DNA of 64,000 bases from Terriglobales bacterium (GTDB lineage: Bacteria > Acidobacteriota > Terriglobia > Terriglobales > Acidobacteriaceae): positions 199,070-263,069 of the forward strand of contig DASREM010000056.1 in NCBI GenBank assembly GCA_035652095.1. Reading direction: 5' to 3'. The notes under the pieces are model-generated. The model was not told the DNA's origin. It ran no database searches and saw nothing but the letters and a program-made list of their open reading frames with translations. Made by a program: the position numbers and the translations under genes. Positions within the stretch are counted from its first letter, which is position 1; the number at the start of each line of letters is the position of its first letter. Positions 37,003-44,649 of the stretch are shown here, in pieces.

Positions 37003-38460
37003 TTACCGGTTCCCGACTCCGGCCAATGAAGGTTCGTGCTCGTGCTCCGGGATGCACGTTTCTTTTTGCTGCTTCAGTTCCGACTGAATCTCTTCCACCA
37101 GCTTGCGGAACTTGTGTTCGAAAACATCTTTGTTCTTGTTGGCCGCTCCGCCCACCCAGAGTTGCAGGGTGCCATTGGCGTCGTGGACTACCGTTGCCCA
37201 GAACCGCGTGTGAACCAGGTAGAAGACGATCGCCAGTCCGAGCCCCATCAAGATCACGCCTGCCCACACCGCCCATTGACCCGGCTCATGTGAAACCTGC
37301 AGGCCCGTGAAGTAGGCCATCTTCAAATCCTTGGGCTCGAACTTGTACGGCGATGCCGCGTTCTGCTCGAAACCTTCGATCGCCGGAATCCAGTAGTTCA
37401 CCGACTTTCCGGACTTCCTGGATTCGACAATGAGGTGAGCTGCGGGATTGTCTACTTGAGTGGATCGCGTGTAGATCTGTCCGTCTCGCACCACGTAATC
37501 CGGAATAAACTCGGCGAACTTCACCGTGGTGTCCGGATCCAGCTGCGCGACTTCGTCCACATTCAGGCTGATCTCCTGGGTTCCAGCTTTGTCGGAGGTG
37601 GCGTTCAGCACCAGCTTGTCCACCTTGCCGGTCATTCCGTAACTGGATTGATAGAAGCGGATGCCGCCGTAGACCAGGGGATCGTTGACAACGATCTCTT
37701 TGCGCAGAGTGTCGCGGCCGGCGTCCACCACCACCAGCTTCGACCACCATTTCTTGGGCGAGCCGTCGGTGTAATTCTCCTGGCCGGCAGCTTCACATCG
37801 AATGGCGATCGGAAGCACGCGCGTGCTGCCATCGCGCATTTGGACCTGGTTTGAAGTTTCCCCGCGGGTCAAAGAGATAAATCCGCGCCATCCCCAGACC
37901 GCATCCACGATTCCGCCCAGGAAGATGAGCAGCAGGCTGGCGTGGACGATGTAGACCGCGAATTCCGAGATGCGATGTTTTTCGGCGTACAACGAGGTGC
38001 GATGCTCGCTGGTTACGCGCTCTGGTTTCAAGTGCATGCGCCGGAAGGCCCGCTCGGCGGCAGCGATCGCAAACGCTTCGTCGCGGACCGCAAGTCGGAC
38101 CTGGTTTGGAAGCGCTTTCCGGAAAATCTCATCCGTGCTCTTGTAGGGCCGCGCGACGTATCGCCAGGCGTTTGGGAAGCGCTCGATGGATGCCGCGACG
38201 ATGCTGAAGCTCACGGCCACTAACAGCAGCACGAACCACCAGGCATGAAAGATGTCGGTCAGCCCGAGCGCATCCAGCAGCTGCAACATCTGCGGCGAGT
38301 ATGCGCGCTGCATCTCGTCGGGCTCGGTGACGGGCCTCTGAAGAATGATGGTGCCCGCTGCCGAAACGATTACGACCAGGATCAGAAGGATCACGCCGGT
38401 CTTGATCGAACTGACGGTTTGCCAGAATTTGCGACTTGCCCGTGCCAAGCTCCCAGCCAT
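37003..38460 (-). CDS. resB: Cytochrome c biogenesis protein ResB/CcsB (System II)
   Basis: N-terminal FWQTVSSIKTGVILLILVVIVSAAGTII. Large soluble domain and C-terminal TM segments. Position immediately upstream of ccsA is typical. Confidence 0.85.
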   Translation of the reverse strand: MAGSLARASRKFWQTVSSIKTGVILLILVVIVSAAGTIILQRPVTEPDEMQRAYSPQMLQLLDALGLTDIFHAWWFVLLLVAVSFSIVAASIERFPNAWRYVARPYKSTDEIFRKALPNQVRLAVRDEAFAIAAAERAFRRMHLKPERVTSEHRTSLYAEKHRISEFAVYIVHASLLLIFLGGIVDAVWGWRGFISLTRGETSNQVQMRDGSTRVLPIAIRCEAAGQENYTDGSPKKWWSKLVVVDAGRDTLRKEIVVNDPLVYGGIRFYQSSYGMTGKVDKLVLNATSDKAGTQEISLNVDEVAQLDPDTTVKFAEFIPDYVVRDGQIYTRSTQVDNPAAHLIVESRKSGKSVNYWIPAIEGFEQNAASPYKFEPKDLKMAYFTGLQVSHEPGQWAVWAGVILMGLGLAIVFYLVHTRFWATVVHDANGTLQLWVGGAANKNKDVFEHKFRKLVEEIQSELKQQKETCIPEHEHEPSLAGVGNR

Positions 38461-38634
38461 ATGAGTGCCTCTCGTTCTGTAGACAAGAAAGCACGTACCG
38501 CGCCACAGGGCGAAACAGCCAGAAGTGCTTTACAGGCATCAAGTTGACAAATTTGGGGCAAAGGGCCCCTCGCGCCGCGTTGGGCCATATCACACAGGGA
38601 ATCAGCGGGAAGCGGGGTTTTGACCCACTCCCCC

Positions 38635-38650
38635 TGTGATTCCGATCACA
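38635..38650. promoter_or_regulatory. Perfect CRP-type palindrome TGTGA-N6-TCACA in the divergent control region
   Basis: Sequence TGTGATTCCGATCACA. An extra TGTGA half-site lies 6 nt downstream. It sits between the resB start (38460) and the cytochrome operon start (38967). Confidence 0.35.
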
Positions 38651-38929
38651 ACCCGATGTGATTCGAGTCCTACGGACAAGCTTGGATCCCGTGTGGAATA
38701 TCCGCAACGGGAATGTCGGCTCAATTTTCCATTTCGGAACTACGCGAAAAGCAGCCGCAGCCCTCCGTGCGCACTTGGGTCATTTCACCGAGTCCAGTGT
38801 GGCAGATGGCCCATTTTGATAAAGAAGACGGACCAAATCACACCGCCGCGTCTCCGCAATCCGCTCTCAATCTCTTAATTTCGAGGAACTTGCAATCGGC
38901 GTTGAAAAAATCCACAGCGCACCTCGTTG

Positions 38930-38945
38930 CGGCGAGCAGCTTGCA
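38930..38945 (+). promoter_or_regulatory. Candidate sigma-54 (-24/-12) promoter element
   Basis: CGGCGAGCAGCTTGCA has GG and GC separated by the canonical 10 nt and a TTGCA -12 box. It lies only about 22 nt upstream of the GTG at 38967, so the leader would be very short. Confidence 0.25.
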
Positions 38946-38966
38946 CTTGCATCGGCGGAGGTTGCC

Positions 38967-39776
38967 GTGAAGTACTCGCAGAGAACGCTCCTGATGCTCC
39001 TGATGGTGGTTCTGGCAACTGCCATGCCTTTGGCAGCGACCGAACACCCGGTGAAGCTCGAAAAGGATGCCGACTGCGCCTCCTGCCACGAGGACAAGGC
39101 GAAGGGCAAAGCAGTGCATTCGGCCATCGCCATGGGTTGCACCACTTGTCACGACGTGAAGACCCAGGGCGAAACCACTACAGTGGAATTCACCACCCCC
39201 AAAGATCAGCTCTGTTTCACCTGTCACGAAAAATCCAAGGAAGAAGTTCTTCACGGGCCTTACGAAAAAGGTCAGTGCGTGACTTGTCACGATCCCCACA
39301 CCAGCGACTTCCCCAAGCAGTTGCGAGCTGAGGGCAACCCGCTGTGCCTCGAATGTCATGCCGCCCGCGCCAAGATGGAAGACACGATCAGTCTCTTCGG
39401 CGGCAAGCAGTCCATGTCCAAGGCGGACTTCGAGCAGGCCCCCAAGATCGTTCCCGACACGATGACAAAGAAGGGGCATCCGTTCTCACGTCATCCCATT
39501 GCCGATGTTCCCGACCCGGTGCGGAACGAGAAGATGTCCTGCCTGAGCTGCCATCAATCCCACGCAGGCGCGCAGTCGAAGCTCATCACCACCGCCAAGA
39601 CCAACAACGGCGACATATGCGAGGCGTGCCACCAGACATTCGAAGCCAAAATGCACAACGATATGCAACAGAAGTTCGGCCCCATCGAAGAGAAGAACCG
39701 CAAAGACGTGGAAGACCAGTTCAAGAAACAAGTTCAGGAGCGGCCGGCTGCTCCTCCCAAGAAGGGGTCGAACTAG
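38967..39776 (+). CDS. Heptaheme c-type cytochrome (Cyt A), secreted
   Basis: GTG start preceded by GGCGGAGG. Signal peptide MKYSQRTLLMLLMVVLATAMPLAA. Seven CXXCH motifs: CASCH, CTTCH, CFTCH, CVTCH, CLECH, CLSCH, CEACH. Lys/Glu-rich C-terminal tail. Confidence 0.9.
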   Translation: MKYSQRTLLMLLMVVLATAMPLAATEHPVKLEKDADCASCHEDKAKGKAVHSAIAMGCTTCHDVKTQGETTTVEFTTPKDQLCFTCHEKSKEEVLHGPYEKGQCVTCHDPHTSDFPKQLRAEGNPLCLECHAARAKMEDTISLFGGKQSMSKADFEQAPKIVPDTMTKKGHPFSRHPIADVPDPVRNEKMSCLSCHQSHAGAQSKLITTAKTNNGDICEACHQTFEAKMHNDMQQKFGPIEEKNRKDVEDQFKKQVQERPAAPPKKGSN

Positions 39777-39778
39777 CC

Positions 39779-40831
39779 ATGAAAAAATTTCACAAGACGC
39801 TGATCAGTACCCTCCTGGGAATCGCAGCCCTGTGGATGCTTCCCCAACCCGCAGCCGCGAAGGACAAGCAGCAGCCCGCCGCTCCCACAAACCTGGTGTG
39901 GCCGTTGCCTCCGGACAAGCCGAGGCTGAAATTTCTGGAGATGATTACCAACAACTTCGATGTCGAACCCAAGAAGAAACTGTCCTGGGTGGACAAGATG
40001 GTCGGCAATGCCGACCCCAACATTCCGGAAACTTTCGAGCGCGCGACCGGAGTGGCGGCCGATTCCAAGGGCCGGGTCTTCGTAGTATCCGCGCAGCGCC
40101 AGATGCTCTACATCATCAGCAAAGAGAAGCATGAGGTCATCCGGGTCCGTGGCGATCGCGGGTTGGTCTTCAAAACTCCCTTGGGAGTGGTGGTGGACTC
40201 GCAGGACAACTTCTATGTTGCCGACGCCAGCCTGGCTTCGGTGATGAAGTTCGACTCGCAAGCGCATCTGCAAGCTGCGATCGGTTCTGATGCCGGGTTG
40301 AAGAACCCGACGTTCCTGGCCCTCGACGAAGGTCGCCGTCGCCTGTTCGTGGTGGATTCCCACCTGCACCAGGTCCTGATCTTCAACCTGGACACGCTGC
40401 AACTGGAGAGCACCGTCGGCAAGCGCGGGGAGAAGCCCGGCCAGTTCAATTACCCGGTCGGGATCGCGGTCGGTCCTGATGGCAGTTTCGCGGTTACCGA
40501 TACCGGAAGTTGCTCGGTCGAAGTCTTCACCGCCGACCTCAAGTTTGTTCGCCGTATCGGACGCCAGGGCACGCGGGCGGGTGAGTTCGTTCGGCCCAAG
40601 GGCATCGCTTATGACAGCGAAGGCCACATCTGGGTCGTGGATTCCGCATTCAACAACGTCCAGATCTTCAACCCGGACGGAAAGCTCCTGATGTTCGTGG
40701 GTTCGCATGGACAGAACGCCGGCGAATTCAGCGTGCCGGTGGGGATCTACATTGACAAGAAAAACCGGGTGTACATCAGCGACAACCTGAACGCCCGGGT
40801 CCAGATTTTCCAGTTCCTGGGAGGGAACTGA
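39779..40831 (+). CDS. NHL-repeat six-bladed beta-propeller protein (NHL-1), secreted
   Basis: ORF 39344..40831. The ATG at 39779 lies 2 nt after the Cyt A stop. Signal peptide MKKFHKTLISTLLGIAALWMLPQPAAA. Repeated blades of the type G.F..P.G[IV]A.D..G...V.D....V..F. Confidence 0.85.
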   Translation: MKKFHKTLISTLLGIAALWMLPQPAAAKDKQQPAAPTNLVWPLPPDKPRLKFLEMITNNFDVEPKKKLSWVDKMVGNADPNIPETFERATGVAADSKGRVFVVSAQRQMLYIISKEKHEVIRVRGDRGLVFKTPLGVVVDSQDNFYVADASLASVMKFDSQAHLQAAIGSDAGLKNPTFLALDEGRRRLFVVDSHLHQVLIFNLDTLQLESTVGKRGEKPGQFNYPVGIAVGPDGSFAVTDTGSCSVEVFTADLKFVRRIGRQGTRAGEFVRPKGIAYDSEGHIWVVDSAFNNVQIFNPDGKLLMFVGSHGQNAGEFSVPVGIYIDKKNRVYISDNLNARVQIFQFLGGN

Positions 40832-40934
40832 CATGAGTTCTGTTCTGCACGTTCGTGCCTTACAGAAATCAACAAGCAGTACTGCTGCAGTAGAACTACG
40901 TTCGAGTTGTACAACTCAAAAAGACGGAGGTCTT

Positions 40935-41636
40935 ATGAAATTCATGACGAAAGTCGGCGTACTGGTACTCCTTGTGGCGCTGGTCACCACGATGGGTTTC
41001 GCCAAGGCGTCGAAGAGTTCCATGGTGAACTCGAAGCACGACCTGCGCTCGACGTATAACGCAGCGACGTTCACGCTGTGTAACTTCTGCCACGTGGCTC
41101 ACAAGACCGTGGCTGACACTTATCCGAGCAACATCGGCCCCTTGCTCTGGAACCACACGCTGTCGAGTGCGACTACATACGGCGTATATACCAGTAATAC
41201 ATTTGCAGCTTATGGGACCGATATCTCGGACCTCGGTCCGCTGAATGCGGGAGCCTACGTAAGCAGCAATCTGTGCCTGAGCTGCCATGACGGAACCGTG
41301 GCGGTCAATTCATGGTATGCACCGCCAGCCTGCCTTCCCACTTATGGGCCTTGCCCGCAGGGCACGACGTTTGTCCCGAACGACGCAAGAGTCACCGATC
41401 TGACCAACACTCACCCGGTGAACTTCACGTACTACGGACAGCCGTGGATCAGTTCTGCGCACGTATTGGCACCCGCCAATGCGAATTTCGTAGATGGCGC
41501 GGGCGAAATCCCACTGGAGACCGGCAAGATGCAGTGCGCGACCTGCCATGACCCGCATAACGGCGGTTCTGGCATCTTCTCGCAGACGTTCCCGACGCAA
41601 GCCAGCGGAACCTTCTGCACCTATTGCCACCTGTAA
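40935..41636 (+). CDS. Tetraheme c-type cytochrome (Cyt B), secreted
   Basis: ORF 40833..41636. ATG at 40935 follows GGAGG. Signal peptide MKFMTKVGVLVLLVALVTTMGFA. Four CXXCH motifs: CNFCH, CLSCH, CATCH, CTYCH. The N-terminal SKHDL...CNFCHVAH module is shared with Cyt C. Confidence 0.85.
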   Translation: MKFMTKVGVLVLLVALVTTMGFAKASKSSMVNSKHDLRSTYNAATFTLCNFCHVAHKTVADTYPSNIGPLLWNHTLSSATTYGVYTSNTFAAYGTDISDLGPLNAGAYVSSNLCLSCHDGTVAVNSWYAPPACLPTYGPCPQGTTFVPNDARVTDLTNTHPVNFTYYGQPWISSAHVLAPANANFVDGAGEIPLETGKMQCATCHDPHNGGSGIFSQTFPTQASGTFCTYCHL

Positions 41637-41644
41637 GTTCATGC

Positions 41645-41669
41645 GAGAGAGGCGCCCGGCGCCTCTCTC
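41645..41669 (+). promoter_or_regulatory. Strong intra-operon hairpin (perfect 12-nt arms) between Cyt B and the barrel gene
   Basis: GAGAGAGGCGCC-C-GGCGCCTCTCTC followed by CTCTTTC. Located 9 nt after the Cyt B stop and 34 nt before the barrel ATG. Confidence 0.5.
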
Positions 41670-41702
41670 CTCTTTCACCCGAGTAAGGAACCGGAGAGGG
41701 AA

Positions 41703-43556
41703 ATGAAATCGGGAAACACAATCCGGATCCTGGTGACGGCGGGCCTTCTCTCCCTGGGTTTGTGCCAGGCCCAGGAACTGCAAGGCTGGCACCTCAGAAG
41801 CACCATCGGGTTCGACTGGTCCAGGGACAGTTTCAATTCCATCAGCAGTACCTTCCCCGAAAACAGCACACCCGCAGGCAGTATCGGCGGCGAGGTGGGA
41901 ATGGACCTCAGCGGCATCGTGATGGATCCGAAGTTCCTCACCTTTGACAGCAATTTCAACTTTTCTCACAATGCAATCTCCACCGGGGCGACCGATTACG
42001 GCGATGGATTGCTGAGTGGAGGAATTAACCTCAGTGCGCTGCCCGGCAGCCATTACCCGCTTGAGGTTTACTACCAGCGCAGCGGTGCCGATACCAACGG
42101 TGATCTGTTCGGGTCCAATACCAACACCGCGCAATTCCGGGTTCGCGAGACCCTCGACTTCAGAAACGTGCCCCACATTGTTCTCGCTTACAACCAGAAC
42201 AGCAACGACGTGAAACTGGTGACCTCGCTGACCGACACCAGCTACAAGCAATCCGACGTGGGCATTCAGGCCAACGACCGCACCGCCGGTTGGTCCTGGA
42301 ATGCGGGATTCAATGTTGGGAAGTTCGATTCGACGGCCATTGGCGACCTGGCCCTCGCCGGAGATACGCACCAGGACTACCGCACCCTCGACGCTCGCGC
42401 GTACCGCTCGCTGTTTTCAGGTAAGGGAGTTCTCAGTTCGGACTTTTACAAGCAACATTATTCTTTCGACTTCCCCGGAACCGGCACCTCGCTGACCGAT
42501 AGCCTGTTGCTCTCCGAGAGTCTGATGGTGCAGCACACGGAGAAGCTCTCGACACACTATTCGTACTCCCTGTCGCGCCAGAGCGTGGTGAATGACTTCA
42601 CGCCTGCTCCAGGAGGCTTGACGGTCCTGAATCTGCCCGCCCTGAACTCGCATACGGTGAGTACCGGGGTGGACTACCAGTGGTTTAAGCCCATCCGCGT
42701 GTTTGAAACTGTCCGCTACGATCGCCTGTCGCCTTTTTCCGACACCTTCGAATCGCAGACTTCCTATCTGCAATCGTCGTCAGGGGTTACGCTGCAAAAG
42801 AGATTTCGCGGCTTCGACGTTAACGCCACCTATGCAGGCCAATTCCAGAGGCTGGGAACCAACCTGGAAAATTTCGGGAACACGTTCTCCAGCAACGTGG
42901 ACGCCCGCATCGGATGGGGGGATGTGAAGAAGCTGCACGTGGCCGGTACTTACCGCTACAACCGGCTGAATTTCGTGCAGCAACTCGGCGGCTTCACCCG
43001 GTACAAAATCGCCGGCGTGGAGGCGGAGACCACTCGATTCTGGGGCGTGCGCCTGCGCGGCGGAGTCGAGCATGGCAGCGTGGACATCCTCAATATCTCT
43101 GGCGACACTTCCCGCTCCTACAATAATGTGAGTTTTGCGCTGGAGTCCCGCCGCTACCAGTTCATGGCCAGCAGGGGCATGGAAGATGGCGCTGGCTCGA
43201 TTTTCCCAAACCCGCTGATCGGTCAGTTCTTTATCGCTACGCCGCTTCCGGTTTCGCAGTTGATTGGGACCCCACTTCTGAATCGGAATACTACCAGCAC
43301 CAACTTCAGCTTCACCGGACGCCCGAAGAACAACCTCCAGATCACCGCGTTCTTCCGCAAGGAAAATGATCTACTGTTCAGTTCGACGCAGGATTACCGG
43401 CTATGGGAAGTTCGTGGACAATACAATATTGGTCGCATCAGCATTGATGCCGGAGTAGGGAACATCCGGACGACGATCGATCAGCAGAACAATCTGAGCG
43501 GATTGGCAATCAATCGCTACTGGTTCCGCATCCGCAGGACATTCAACTTTTTCTGA
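41703..43556 (+). CDS. Large outer-membrane beta-barrel-like protein (617 aa)
   Basis: GGAGAGGGAA SD upstream. Signal peptide MKSGNTIRILVTAGLLSLGLCQA. Alternating-hydrophobicity, Gly/Ser/Asn/Tyr-rich sequence. C-terminus ...RIRRTFNFF has the terminal aromatic typical of OMPs. No recognisable enzymatic motif. Confidence 0.65.
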   Translation: MKSGNTIRILVTAGLLSLGLCQAQELQGWHLRSTIGFDWSRDSFNSISSTFPENSTPAGSIGGEVGMDLSGIVMDPKFLTFDSNFNFSHNAISTGATDYGDGLLSGGINLSALPGSHYPLEVYYQRSGADTNGDLFGSNTNTAQFRVRETLDFRNVPHIVLAYNQNSNDVKLVTSLTDTSYKQSDVGIQANDRTAGWSWNAGFNVGKFDSTAIGDLALAGDTHQDYRTLDARAYRSLFSGKGVLSSDFYKQHYSFDFPGTGTSLTDSLLLSESLMVQHTEKLSTHYSYSLSRQSVVNDFTPAPGGLTVLNLPALNSHTVSTGVDYQWFKPIRVFETVRYDRLSPFSDTFESQTSYLQSSSGVTLQKRFRGFDVNATYAGQFQRLGTNLENFGNTFSSNVDARIGWGDVKKLHVAGTYRYNRLNFVQQLGGFTRYKIAGVEAETTRFWGVRLRGGVEHGSVDILNISGDTSRSYNNVSFALESRRYQFMASRGMEDGAGSIFPNPLIGQFFIATPLPVSQLIGTPLLNRNTTSTNFSFTGRPKNNLQITAFFRKENDLLFSSTQDYRLWEVRGQYNIGRISIDAGVGNIRTTIDQQNNLSGLAINRYWFRIRRTFNFF

Positions 43557-43566
43557 TAGGTGGGCC

Positions 43567-44649
43567 TTGAGTTTATTGACTATTTCGCGCCGGCGGCTCT
43601 TCTGGACAGCGGGAATCGCGTTTGTACTGGCGACACTGTGGTCGTGGCCGGCCAGCGACGCCGCCTCCAAGCCCCCGGAGGTTTTGTTGCCCGCGCAGCT
43701 GGAATGGGTCGGCACGTTGCGCAGCGCCGCTGATGTTACTCCGAAGCCGGGCTTCTTCAAAAAGATGGTGAAGAAGATCGTCGGCCTTGATGACCGCGAT
43801 CGCGCCATGCTCATGCCCTATGGCATCGCTGTGGACTCGCAGGGGCGGGTGCTGGTTGTGGATACCCGCGAACGCCAGGTGCACGTCTTCGATGCGCAGC
43901 GCAAGAAGTACAAGACCTTCCACGCTCCCGATCGTGATCCCTTTGCCGCTCCCATCGCCATCGATACCGACGCCGAAGGCAGGATTTACGTCTCCGATTC
44001 GGTGCGCGCGCGAATCTTCGTATTCACCCCCGACTTCAAGTTTGTCCGCACCCTGGGCGCGATCAGTAAAGATGAGAGTATCTTCAAGCGCTGCACCGGG
44101 CTGGCGATCGATAGGGGACAAGGCAAGCTGTACGTGGTCGACACCGTTGCCATGAACGTGGTGACGATGACGCTGGATGGCAAGGTCCTGGGCCGGATGG
44201 GCAAGCCAGGGGACGGTCCGCTTGAATTCAATTACCCAACCCAGATCGCGGTAGCGCCGGACAGTTCGCTGTGGGTGATGGACTCCCTGAACTTCCGGGT
44301 GCAGCACCTCGATGCCAACGGCACGGTTCTTTCCGCGTTTGGACGCCTGGGCGACAGCATCGGCGATTTCGATAAGCCGAAGGGCATCTCGCTTGATAAC
44401 CAGGGCCGCGTCTACGTGGTCGAAGGACGCAACGACCGCGTTCAGGTCTACAGCCCGGAAGGGAAGCTGTTGTTCTTCTTCGGGCGTACCGGCAATGCCG
44501 ATGGAGAGTTTTTCCTTCCCACCGGCATCACGGTGGACCGCGAAAACAAGATTTACGTCGCCGATAGCTACAACCGCCGCGTCGCCATCTTTCATGCCAA
44601 GCCAGGCGCGGACGGCGGAATGTTCTCCGGGCCCGCGGGAGGACAGTGA
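43567..44649 (+). CDS. NHL-repeat six-bladed beta-propeller protein (NHL-2), paralogue of NHL-1
   Basis: TTG start assumed, as there is no upstream ATG. The N-terminus ISRRRLFWTAGIAFVLATLW has an RR-containing n-region. The blades align with NHL-1, for example GKPGDGPLEFNYPTQIAV versus GEKPGQFNYPVGIAV, and FDKPKGISLDNQGRVYVV versus FVRPKGIAYDSEGHIWVV. Confidence 0.8.
   Translation: MSLLTISRRRLFWTAGIAFVLATLWSWPASDAASKPPEVLLPAQLEWVGTLRSAADVTPKPGFFKKMVKKIVGLDDRDRAMLMPYGIAVDSQGRVLVVDTRERQVHVFDAQRKKYKTFHAPDRDPFAAPIAIDTDAEGRIYVSDSVRARIFVFTPDFKFVRTLGAISKDESIFKRCTGLAIDRGQGKLYVVDTVAMNVVTMTLDGKVLGRMGKPGDGPLEFNYPTQIAVAPDSSLWVMDSLNFRVQHLDANGTVLSAFGRLGDSIGDFDKPKGISLDNQGRVYVVEGRNDRVQVYSPEGKLLFFFGRTGNADGEFFLPTGITVDRENKIYVADSYNRRVAIFHAKPGADGGMFSGPAGGQ

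Noticed and set aside
39344-39778. 145-aa N-terminal extension of the NHL-1 ORF, overlapping Cyt A in another frame.
   Set aside because: The region is already occupied by the heme-motif-bearing Cyt A frame. An ATG at 39779 gives a proper signal peptide directly after the Cyt A stop. The same reasoning removes the extensions 54630-55040, 40833-40934 and 35598-35726.
39773-40834. 353-aa ORF on the minus strand exactly antisense to NHL-1. There are similar long antisense ORFs at 43573-44595, 41310-42371, 45726-46514, 61835-62872, 9111-10130, 6949-7800, 23148-23951 and 35596-36462.
   Set aside because: These are shadow ORFs typical of GC-rich DNA. Each lies fully inside a sense-strand gene with strong family signatures. 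Their translations are Arg/Gly/His-rich with no motifs, signal peptides or SD-like starts.
40832-40934. Two short GTAC-centred palindromes (AGCAGTACTGCT and GAGTTGTACAACTC) in the NHL-1/Cyt B spacer.
   Set aside because: The arms are only 6-7 bp with no loop. They are too short to distinguish from chance, and no T-tract or known binding-site consensus is associated with them.
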